Shown here piece by piece: positions 1 to 9,558 of a DNA stretch of 64,000 nucleotides. A program made the translations under genes and the position numbers. The stretch is from an uncultured delta proteobacterium (lineage in GTDB: Bacteria > Myxococcota_A > Polyangia > Polyangiales > Polyangiaceae). A model generated the notes under the pieces. It saw only the letters and a program-made list of their open reading frames with translations, ran no database searches and was not told the origin of the DNA. Within the stretch, counting starts at the first letter, position 1; each line of letters opens with the position of its first letter. The stretch is from NCBI GenBank assembly GCA_963782055.1, contig CAWAIF010000003.1:3968001-4032000 (forward strand). Reading direction: 5' to 3'.

Positions 1-253
1 CGCGGCCGTCACGCCGCCGCGTGACGAGCCCGAGTTGCTCGAGCGACCGCATCATCTGGCTGATGGTCGACCGCGCCACCCCCAGCCCGCGCCGTAGCTG
101 GCTCTGAAGCGTGACGGTGTGCCTGCCCAGCCGGTAGAGCGCGTCGAGCAGGTCGTACCGCGCCGCCGTGAGCCCCATCGCCGCGAGCGCCCGCCGGGTC
201 AGCCTGAGCGTCGCGTAGTACGCCCGCTTGATCGTGAAGAAGAGAGGGTCCAT
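1..253 (-). CDS. MarR-family winged-helix transcriptional regulator (partial, runs off the window start)
   Basis: Manual translation from ATG at 253: MDPLFFTIKRAYYATLRLTRRALAAMGLTAARYDLLDALYR...QSQLRRGLGVARSTISQMMRSLEQLGLVTRRRDGR. This is the typical MarR HTH/wing pattern. Not in the ORF track. Confidence 0.85.
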   Translation of the reverse strand, partial: MDPLFFTIKRAYYATLRLTRRALAAMGLTAARYDLLDALYRLGRHTVTLQSQLRRGLGVARSTISQMMRSLEQLGLVTRRRDGR

Positions 254-265
254 CCCCTCCCCCTC

Positions 266-281
266 AGCACGCCCCGTGCCA
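266..281 (-). promoter_or_regulatory. Putative sigma54 (-24/-12) promoter of the MarR gene
   Basis: Minus strand TGGCACG-GGGC-GTGCT versus consensus TGGCACG-N4-TTGCT, 12 nt before the ATG. Confidence 0.6.
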
Positions 282-353
282 CCCCCCCCCTCCCCCAGGA
301 TCCCGCTGAAACGTCGAACGGCGAGGAGCCTTGCAGTCCGACGTCTGGTGTCC

Positions 354-449
354 GGGGACAGGAGGGGGGACAGGGGGGACAGGGGGGTGGGCGGCGGCGG
401 GCGGCGGTGGGCGGGACGGGGGGACACGGGCGGCGGACGGCGGGAGGGG
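354..449 (+). repeat. G-tract low-complexity repeat, (G4-6)ACA x3 then GGC/GGG runs; potential G-quadruplex
   Basis: GGGGACAGGAGGGGGGACAGGGGGGACAGGGGGGTGGGCGG... read directly in the intergenic region. Confidence 0.5.
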
Positions 450-484
450 CACGCTCTCGTTCGAGAGGCGCTACAGTCCGGCGC

Positions 485-1030
485 GTGGAGCCCCTGCCCT
501 TCCTGTCGCGGTTCTTCCTCGCCTACGTCTTCTTCTTCCGCGCCATCTTCGATGGCGACTTCGCCGCGCGTGCGCTCGCGGTGCGCGACCGCATGCCGGA
601 GCTGCCCGCGCCCAAGCCCGAAGCGCCCCCGCCGCCCGAGAAGAAGGACCGCTCGTACGACGAGGCGCTGCTGCTGCTCGGCCTGCTCCAGCGCGAGGGG
701 CGGCTCCTCGACTTCGTCGAGCAGGACGTGGCCGCCTTCTCCGACGCCGACGTGGGCGCGGCCGCACGCCTGGTCCACGACGGCTGCCGCAAGGCGCTCC
801 GCCAGCACGTGGAGCTCGCGCCGGTGCGCGAGGAGGAAGAGGGCGCGAAGGTCACCGTGGAGACGGCCTTCGACGCCCAGCGCGTGAAGCTCGTCGGCGA
901 CGTGAAGGGCTCCGGCCCCTACGCGGGCACCCTGCAGCACCGCGGCTGGCGCGCGAAGGGCATCACCCTCCCGGAGCCGATGAGCGGCCACGACGCGACC
1001 GTGCTCGCGCCGGCGGAGGTGGAGGTCTAG
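485..1030 (+). CDS. DUF2760-domain protein
   Basis: Motifs LLGLLQREGRLLDFVEQD, GAAARLVHDGC, GTLQHRGW, APAEVEV. GTG start at 485 is in frame with ORF 119..1030 and follows TACAGT. Confidence 0.85.
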   Translation: MEPLPFLSRFFLAYVFFFRAIFDGDFAARALAVRDRMPELPAPKPEAPPPPEKKDRSYDEALLLLGLLQREGRLLDFVEQDVAAFSDADVGAAARLVHDGCRKALRQHVELAPVREEEEGAKVTVETAFDAQRVKLVGDVKGSGPYAGTLQHRGWRAKGITLPEPMSGHDATVLAPAEVEV

Positions 1031-2833
<1,803 letters not shown>

Positions 2834-2835
2834 CG

Positions 2836-5574
2836 ATGGCGGGGAAGCGGCACGTCGTCGGCATCGACCTGGGCACGTCCAACACGGTGGTGGCGCGCGC
2901 CCGGCGGGAGGCCTCGAGCGAGGCGCCGGAGGTGCTCCCCGTCGCGCAGCTCGTCGCGCCCGGGCTGGTGGAGGGGCGGCCGCTCTATCCCTCGTGCCTC
3001 TTCGCCGCCCTGCCGGGCGAGGCCGGCGGCGATCCCTTCGGCGAGCTGCCCTGGGTCTCCGGCGAGCTGGCGCGCCGGCGCGGCGCGGAGGTGCCGGGCC
3101 GCCTGGTCGCCTCCGCCAAGAGCTGGCTCTGCCACGCCGGGGTGGACCGCGGCGCGCCCATTCTGCCGTACGGCGTGCCGGACGAGGACGTGCCTCGCGT
3201 GTCTCCGGTGGCGGCGAGCGCCCTCTTCCTCGCCCACCTGCGCCGGGTGCACGACGAGGCCTTCCCCGGCGATCCGTTGACGAGTCAAGAGATCGTCCTG
3301 ACGGTGCCGGCGTCCTTCGACGACGCGGCGCGCTCGCTCACCCTGCGCGCCGCGGCCGAGGCCGGCCTCTCCCCGGTGCTGCTGGAGGAGCCGCTCGCCG
3401 CCTTCTACGACTACCTGGAGCGCGAGCACGAGCTCGCCTCCCTCGTCGACGCGCGCGGGGGCGAGGCGCGCGTGCTCGTCTGCGACGTGGGCGGCGGCAC
3501 GACGGACCTCTCCCTCGTGCGCGTGGCGCGTCGCGCCGGCGGCGATCTGGACCTCGCGCGCGTCGCGAGCGGGCGGCACCTGCTGCTCGGCGGCGACAAC
3601 ATGGACCTCGCCCTCGCCCACCTCGCCGAGTCGCGGATGGTCCCGGCGCCGGAGCGGCTCGCCCCCGCCCTCTTCTCCCAGCTCGTCCACGCGTGCCGCG
3701 CGGCGAAGGAGTCGCTGCTGGGCGCCGGCGCGCCGGCGGAGGCGGTGGTCCGCCTGGCGCGGCCGGGGGCGAAGCTCGTCGGCAACATGCTCACGGCCAC
3801 CCTCACGCGGGAGGACGCCGAGAAGACCGTGCTGGAGGGCTTCTTCCCCGACGTCGATCCCGACGAGCCCCCCGCGCGCCCGCGCGCCGCGCTGGTGAGC
3901 TTCGGCCTGCCGTACGAGAAGGACGTGGCGGTGCCGCGGCACGCGCTGCGCTTCCTGCGCCGCCATGGCGGGCACGGCGCGGTGGACGCGGTGCTGCTCA
4001 ACGGGGGCGTCTTCCGCGCCGAGCGCATCGCCGCGCGCCTCGTCGCCTGGCTGTCGCGCGTGGCCGGGCGGGAGGTGGTGCGGCTGCCGCTCGCCGATCC
4101 CGACGTCGCCGTGGCACGCGGCGCGGTCGCCTACGGGCTGGCGCGCGCCGGGCTGCGGCCGCGCATCGACGCGAGCAGCGTGCGCGCGTACTACCTCGGC
4201 CTCGCCGGCGGCGCGCAGGCGGTGTGCGTGGCGCCGAAGGGCGCGCGGGAGGGCGAGCGGCACGTGGCGCAGGGCCGCGCCTTCCACCTGGTGGTCGGCA
4301 AGCCGGTGCGCTTCGACCTCTACGCCTCCGAGGATCGCGACGCCGACCGCCCGGGCAACCTCGTCACCGTCGACGACACCTTCGAGCGACTCCCGCCGGT
4401 GGCGACGGCCATCGATCAGTCCCACCAGCGGCGCGCCGCGGAGGACGTGACGGTGCTGCTCAGCGGCGAGATCGGCGCCACCGGCACGCTGGCGCTCCGC
4501 TGCGAGGAGCCGCCGGAGCCGGAGGGCATGGGCCGCGTCTTCGAGCTCGCCTTCGACCTGCGGCCGGAGCCGGAGCGGTCCGCCCGCGGCGCCTCCCTCC
4601 CGCCCCCGTCGGTCTCGCCGAAGCTGGAGGAGGCGCGCGCCGCGATCGAGCGCGTGTTCGGCAAGAGCGCGACGGCGACGCCGCGGGAGGTGAAGGACCT
4701 GCAGCGGGATCTGGAGCGCATCCTCGGCGAGCGCGCGAGCTGGACCGGCCCCACGCTCCGCGCCCTCTTCGACACCCTCGCGCACAACCCCGGCGGCCGC
4801 CGCCGCAGCGCGGATCACGAGCGCGTGTTCTTCGCCCTCGCCGGCTACTGCGCCCGCCCCGGCTTCGGCGACCCGGGCGACCCGGCGCGCGTCGACCTCA
4901 TGGCGCGCCTCTTCCCGGAGCGCCTCGGCTTCCCCTCCGAGACGCGCGGCTGGCAGCAGCTCTTCATCGCCTACCGGCGCGTCGCCGGCGGCATGGACGA
5001 GGCCGCGCAGGCGATGATCCGCGACACGCTCGACCCGGTGATCGCCCCGAAGGAGGCGGGCTTGCCGCGCAACAAGAAGTTCCAGCCGCTCGCGCAGGCG
5101 GAGCTCACCGAGCTCGCCTCCTTCCTCGAGAGGGTCCCCGCGTCGCGGCGCGAGGCCCTCGGCGAGTGGCTGCTGGAGCGTACCTGGACCGACGCCTCCC
5201 CTGCCCTCTGGGCGGCCATCGGACGCGTGGGCGCCCGCGTCCCGGCCTACGCGGGCGTCGACCACGTGGTGGCCCCGAAGGCGGTGGAGCGCTGGCTGGA
5301 TCACTTGACCCGTCAATCATGGAAGGGCATCGCCACCGCCGCCGACGCCGCCGCCCGGATGGCCCGCCTGACCGGCGACCGCGCGCGCGACCTCTCTCCG
5401 CGCGCGCGCAAGGACCTGGAGCGCAAGCTCACCCGCGAGGGCGGGCGGCCGGAGCAGCTCCGTGCGCTGCGCGAGGTGGTGCCGCTCGAGGCGAAGGACC
5501 AGGCCGATATGTTCGGCGACGCCCTGCCGGTGGGTCTCAAGCTGGCGGCCGGGCCCCGCGTGCGCGTGGACTGA
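2836..5574 (+). CDS. Hsp70-related protein with a long C-terminal extension (DUF3731-like)
   Basis: GIDLGTS, TVPASFD, DVGGGTTD, GGDNMD. C-terminal RRRSADHERVFFALAGYCARPGFGDPGD ... FGDALPVGL. ATG at 2836 is in frame with ORF 331..5574. Confidence 0.88.
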   Translation: MAGKRHVVGIDLGTSNTVVARARREASSEAPEVLPVAQLVAPGLVEGRPLYPSCLFAALPGEAGGDPFGELPWVSGELARRRGAEVPGRLVASAKSWLCHAGVDRGAPILPYGVPDEDVPRVSPVAASALFLAHLRRVHDEAFPGDPLTSQEIVLTVPASFDDAARSLTLRAAAEAGLSPVLLEEPLAAFYDYLEREHELASLVDARGGEARVLVCDVGGGTTDLSLVRVARRAGGDLDLARVASGRHLLLGGDNMDLALAHLAESRMVPAPERLAPALFSQLVHACRAAKESLLGAGAPAEAVVRLARPGAKLVGNMLTATLTREDAEKTVLEGFFPDVDPDEPPARPRAALVSFGLPYEKDVAVPRHALRFLRRHGGHGAVDAVLLNGGVFRAERIAARLVAWLSRVAGREVVRLPLADPDVAVARGAVAYGLARAGLRPRIDASSVRAYYLGLAGGAQAVCVAPKGAREGERHVAQGRAFHLVVGKPVRFDLYASEDRDADRPGNLVTVDDTFERLPPVATAIDQSHQRRAAEDVTVLLSGEIGATGTLALRCEEPPEPEGMGRVFELAFDLRPEPERSARGASLPPPSVSPKLEEARAAIERVFGKSATATPREVKDLQRDLERILGERASWTGPTLRALFDTLAHNPGGRRRSADHERVFFALAGYCARPGFGDPGDPARVDLMARLFPERLGFPSETRGWQQLFIAYRRVAGGMDEAAQAMIRDTLDPVIAPKEAGLPRNKKFQPLAQAELTELASFLERVPASRREALGEWLLERTWTDASPALWAAIGRVGARVPAYAGVDHVVAPKAVERWLDHLTRQSWKGIATAADAAARMARLTGDRARDLSPRARKDLERKLTREGGRPEQLRALREVVPLEAKDQADMFGDALPVGLKLAAGPRVRVD

Positions 5575-5603
5575 GTGGGGGGCCTGGCGCTAGGCTTTCA
5601 AGC

Positions 5604-6083
5604 ATGCCCTCCGCCTCCGAGCTCGCGCCGCTGGTCATCCCATCCACAGGCATCACCCTCACCGAGAAGGAGGCCGAGGCCATCCTGGAGATCGCCTACC
5701 TGGCCATCGCCGCCGACAGGCGCCTCTCCGACGACGAGCTCGTCGCCTTCCGCGGCATGATGGGGCGCCTCCGGCCGCTCGCGGCGGGCGGCGCTCCGGC
5801 GACCGGCCCGGTCTCGATGAAGGATCTGGACCGCACCCTCGACCGCCTCAACGCCCTGCTGGAGCGCGTGGACCGCGACGAGCACCTGCGCACGCTGGCG
5901 AGCGACCTCTCCCCCGCGGCGCGCGAGCTCGCTTACAAGGTGGCGTACGCCCTCGGCCTCGCCGACATGGACTCCAGCGACGCCGAGTTCGAGTTCGACC
6001 TGCAGCTCGTGGAGGCGCTGGACCTCCAGAATGACGTCGCCGAGACGCTCGCCGACGAGGTGATGGGCGTCCTCAACGGCTAG
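5604..6083 (+). CDS. TerB-like (tellurite resistance B) family protein
   Basis: Duplicated AxAD...E helical motifs: LAIAADRRLSDDE and LGLADMDSSDAEFEF. Confidence 0.65.
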   Translation: MPSASELAPLVIPSTGITLTEKEAEAILEIAYLAIAADRRLSDDELVAFRGMMGRLRPLAAGGAPATGPVSMKDLDRTLDRLNALLERVDRDEHLRTLASDLSPAARELAYKVAYALGLADMDSSDAEFEFDLQLVEALDLQNDVAETLADEVMGVLNG

Positions 6084-7509
6084 GGTCCTTGCCCGCCTTC
6101 ATCCGCGCGAGCCGGTCTGCCGCCACCTTCTCGTACGCCGGCCGCCGCTGCCCGGGCGGCAGCGAGCGGTACAGCGCGAGCTGATCCTCCACCGCCTTCC
6201 GGGCCTCCTTCTTCCGGCCCAGGGCGAGCAGGATGTCCGCGCGCAGGGCGTAGATGAGCCCCTTGCGCGGGCCGTACGCGAGCTTCAGCGCGCGGTCGGC
6301 GGCGGCGAGCGCGTCCTTCGGCCGCTTCGCCTCCAGGTACGCCTTCGCGAGGCGATGCGGCACGTTGTAGTCGTCGGGGAGCTCCTTCTCCCGCGGCTCG
6401 AGGAAGCGCACCGCGTCCGCCGGGCGCCCGAGGTAGAGCAGCGTCTCCAGCCGCGCGCCGTCGTAGGTCGTGGCGATGGCGGGGTCCGGCGCCCTCGCCG
6501 CCGCCGCCTCCACCAGCGCGAGCCGCGCCTTCGCCGTCGACACCGCGCCGTCGTGGTCGCCCAGCCGGTCCTGCACGTCCCAGAGCAGGCGCATCGCGTC
6601 CCCGCGGTCGTCGGCGGAGAGGGGCGCCGACGCGTCGGCCACCAGCGCCTTCATCCGCGCCTCCACCACGCCGAACAGCCGCTTCGCGCGCGGGTCCTCC
6701 TTCTTCAGGTGCGCGGCGCACTCCACCGCCGTCGTCGCGAAGTCGGTGCACGACGAGGAGCTCCCGGTGTCCCCCAGCGAGGCGAGCCCCAGGTCCGCGC
6801 AGGCGCCGTCGTCGCCCGCGCGCTCGAGGGCGTCGATGCGCGACACCAGCGCGTCGGGCAGGCGCGCCCAGCCCCCCGGCGCCTTCGCGATCGCCGCGGC
6901 GTAACCCCTCGCCGCGGCGGCGAAGCGCCCGGCGAGACCGAGCCTGTCGGCGTCGCGCAGCAGCGCCAGCGCGTCGTCGTGCGGGAGCTCGGAGGTATGT
7001 GCACTCTGCACGGATCGCTCGGCGTCGGCCAGGAACGCGCGCATCTGCGCCACCGAGGCCGCCCCCTCCCACCGGCCGTGCACGCTCTCGTCGGCGGGGT
7101 CGACGACGAAGAAGGTCGGGAGCACCTTGACCGGCAGCTTGCCGCACGCGGCCTCGTTCTTCGGGTTCTCCACGTCCATCGAGAGCCAGACGAAGCGCGA
7201 GCGCGGCAGGCCGGCGTCCTCCAGCACGTACGCGCGCATCGACCGGCAGGTGTGGCACCACGTCGCCCACGCGTCGATCACCACCGGGCGGTGCGTCTGC
7301 TTGCCGAGCGCGATCGCCCGCGCGTAGTCGTCGTCCACCCACGGCTCGGGGGCCGCGGCAGCCGGCCTCGCCGCCGGTGCCGCCGTCGCGCGCGCCGGGG
7401 CGGCGACCGACGAGGCCGCAGGGCGTGACGCGACCACCGGCGACGGCGGGCCGCCGCACGCCACCAGCGCCGCCAGGGCGGCCCACCTCGTCGCGAGCGC
7501 GTGTCTCAT
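6073..7509 (-). CDS. Lipoprotein with thioredoxin domain (WCHTC) and TPR-like repeats
   Basis: Lipobox LVAC, IDAWATWCHTC, cis-Pro motif LPTFFVVD, Ala-rich helical repeats. Confidence 0.8.
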   Translation of the reverse strand: MRHALATRWAALAALVACGGPPSPVVASRPAASSVAAPARATAAPAARPAAAAPEPWVDDDYARAIALGKQTHRPVVIDAWATWCHTCRSMRAYVLEDAGLPRSRFVWLSMDVENPKNEAACGKLPVKVLPTFFVVDPADESVHGRWEGAASVAQMRAFLADAERSVQSAHTSELPHDDALALLRDADRLGLAGRFAAAARGYAAAIAKAPGGWARLPDALVSRIDALERAGDDGACADLGLASLGDTGSSSSCTDFATTAVECAAHLKKEDPRAKRLFGVVEARMKALVADASAPLSADDRGDAMRLLWDVQDRLGDHDGAVSTAKARLALVEAAAARAPDPAIATTYDGARLETLLYLGRPADAVRFLEPREKELPDDYNVPHRLAKAYLEAKRPKDALAAADRALKLAYGPRKGLIYALRADILLALGRKKEARKAVEDQLALYRSLPPGQRRPAYEKVAADRLARMKAGKDPSR

Positions 7510-7516
7510 CCGCCCC

Positions 7517-9319
7517 TCATGGTGCCACGCCGCCCGACTCCAGCCACCTGCGCGCCTGCGCGCGGATGGCGTCGTCGGTCGCGTACAGGTCGATCGGCGA
7601 CTTCGTCCCCAGGATGGAGGCGAGCGCGTCGTCGGCGTAGAAGCGCACGAGCGGGTAGTCGTTGGTGAGCTGCCCGGCGACGAGGACCGCGACCGAACAA
7701 TCCTTGCGCTCTCCCAGCAGCCGCAGCGCCACCGCCTGCTCGTGCGGCTTGCCGCGCGCCAGCGTCGCGACGAGCGGCCGCGCGTCGAGGCTGCCGTACA
7801 GCTCGTGCTGCAGCGTGCGGTCCAGGTGCGTGCCCCAGAAGCTGTCCATCTCGTCCAGGATGGTGCCCACCGTCTTGTCGGTGTGGCAGAGCGCGCACTC
7901 CAGCGGGCGATCGCGGAGCACCATCGGGTCGTTGGGCGATTCGATGCGGTGGTAGCGCCCCAGCCGCACGTCCAGGGTCATGTTCTTCCGGGGCATGTGG
8001 CAGGCGACGCACCGTCCGCCCTCCCGCGCCGGGTCGTGGTGGGTGTGTGCGCGCTGGGCGGCCACGCTCGCGTACTTCGTGTGGCAGCCGGTGCACACCG
8101 CGTCGCCTGCGGGCGTCTCCAGCCTGTCGGTGAGCGACTTGTCGTCGGGGGAGTGCGGGTCGTGGCAAAGCGTGCAGTCTGCACGCATCGAGCACTTGGA
8201 GAGCAGGAAATCCCGCCCCTCGCCGGAGTTGATGTTGCTGCCGCCCGGGTCCTGCGCCCTCAGGCCGCCCTCCCACGTGTAGGGGTAGCGGGAGAAGAGC
8301 ACCTGGTGGCAGCGCGCGCAGGTCCGGTTGATCCGCTGGGCGCGCACGGCGGCGGGATCGCCCTCGTCGCCCGCCACGTGGAGGAACGGGGTGTGCGGCA
8401 GGAAGCTCGGGGCGACGCTCGGATCGCGCACGTGCTCCTTCGCGCCGCCGTGGCACGACTCGCAGCCGATGCCCACCTCGACCAGCTTCTTGCCGTCGAA
8501 GTCGGCGCGGGTGGTGGCGATGGCGCGATCGAGCAGGCGCGGATCCCCCGGCGAGGGGCGTGTGCCGGAGAGGAAGGCCACGTCGTCGGCCAGGGCGTCG
8601 CGCAGACCGTCCTCGTCGTCGACGACGGTGCGCCAGCGCAGGTCCTGTGGCAGGAGCGGGTCCACCACCTCGCCCTGGTAGACCGAGCGCCGTCCCTTGG
8701 CGTGCGGCAGCGGCAGCGAGCCGAGCATGGAGGTGAAGTACGGCGCGGTGTTGTGGCAGAGGATGCACGTCTTGCTCCACACCGGCCCGGCACGCAGCCC
8801 GTCGCGCTCGTGCGACATCACCGAGTAGCCCTTGTAGCGAAACCTGCCGTCGAAGATGAGGTACGAGACGGGCAGGATGAGCTCCTCGTGCGACTCGCCT
8901 CCCGGGCCGACCTGCACGCCGGCGTAGTCCTCGCGGTAGTGCCCGCCGATGACCCGCGTGACGCGGTAGCGCGCGTCACCGTAGCGCCGCGAGTACACCG
9001 AGACGAAGCGCTGGTCGCCCTTCTGGTCGAGCTCCACGCGGTCGTCCTTGAACCGCAAGGCGGTGCCGTGGAAGGGCGCGCGGACCCGAGCGCCCGGGAG
9101 GTCGCGCGTCATGTTGTGCATCGGAGCCCTGTCCCATTGCGCCACGATGGCACCGTGGCAGGGCGCACACGCCGCGGACCCGGCGTAGTCCGCGCGCAGC
9201 ACGTTGCTACGGACGACCCCACCCTCCCCGCGCGCCTGGGGCGAGCGCGCGCCGCGCGTCGACGCGCACGCCGCGGCCAGCGCGACGGCGACGAGGACGA
9301 GCGGGGTGGCGCTACGCAC
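7517..9319 (-). CDS. Octaheme c-type cytochrome lipoprotein with a C-terminal HEAT-like segment
   Basis: Eight CxxCH motifs (CAPCH, CILCH, CESCH, CARCH, CTLCH, CTGCH, CVACH, CALCH) and lipobox LAAAC. Confidence 0.88.
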   Translation of the reverse strand: MRSATPLVLVAVALAAACASTRGARSPQARGEGGVVRSNVLRADYAGSAACAPCHGAIVAQWDRAPMHNMTRDLPGARVRAPFHGTALRFKDDRVELDQKGDQRFVSVYSRRYGDARYRVTRVIGGHYREDYAGVQVGPGGESHEELILPVSYLIFDGRFRYKGYSVMSHERDGLRAGPVWSKTCILCHNTAPYFTSMLGSLPLPHAKGRRSVYQGEVVDPLLPQDLRWRTVVDDEDGLRDALADDVAFLSGTRPSPGDPRLLDRAIATTRADFDGKKLVEVGIGCESCHGGAKEHVRDPSVAPSFLPHTPFLHVAGDEGDPAAVRAQRINRTCARCHQVLFSRYPYTWEGGLRAQDPGGSNINSGEGRDFLLSKCSMRADCTLCHDPHSPDDKSLTDRLETPAGDAVCTGCHTKYASVAAQRAHTHHDPAREGGRCVACHMPRKNMTLDVRLGRYHRIESPNDPMVLRDRPLECALCHTDKTVGTILDEMDSFWGTHLDRTLQHELYGSLDARPLVATLARGKPHEQAVALRLLGERKDCSVAVLVAGQLTNDYPLVRFYADDALASILGTKSPIDLYATDDAIRAQARRWLESGGVAP

Positions 9320-9337
9320 GCCCGCAGGATAGGTCGC

Positions 9338-9439
9338 TCAATCGGTGAACGGGAGTTCCTCGAGCTCTTCCTCGTCGTCCGGCAGCTCCGGCTGCGACTC
9401 GTCAATCTCGGGGGCCTGTTCCAGCGGTTGGGGGTTCAT
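9338..9439 (-). CDS. 33-aa acidic micropeptide MNPQPLEQAPEIDESQPELPDDEEELEELPFTD
   Basis: ATG..TGA ORF filling the intergenic gap, mostly GC3 codons, directly downstream of a sigma54-type promoter. Confidence 0.55.
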   Translation of the reverse strand: MNPQPLEQAPEIDESQPELPDDEEELEELPFTD

Positions 9440-9451
9440 GCCTCCGCAACG

Positions 9452-9467
9452 AGCAACAGGCGTGCCG
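9452..9467 (-). promoter_or_regulatory. Putative sigma54 promoter of the micropeptide
   Basis: Minus strand CGGCACG-CCTG-TTGCT, 12 nt before ATG 9439. Confidence 0.65.
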
Positions 9468-9558
9468 TCTTCCGTCCTGTGGAAAACGCGGGCAATTGTG
9501 CCCCTTCGCCGCGCTGAGCATGCGCAGCGCCCTTCGCGGACCGCGCACGTCCAGCGAC

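Noticed and set aside
9338..9439. Micropeptide as a RiPP precursor
   Set aside because: No adjacent RiPP maturase (radical SAM, YcaO, ATP-grasp, lasso cyclase) and no recognisable leader/core pattern.
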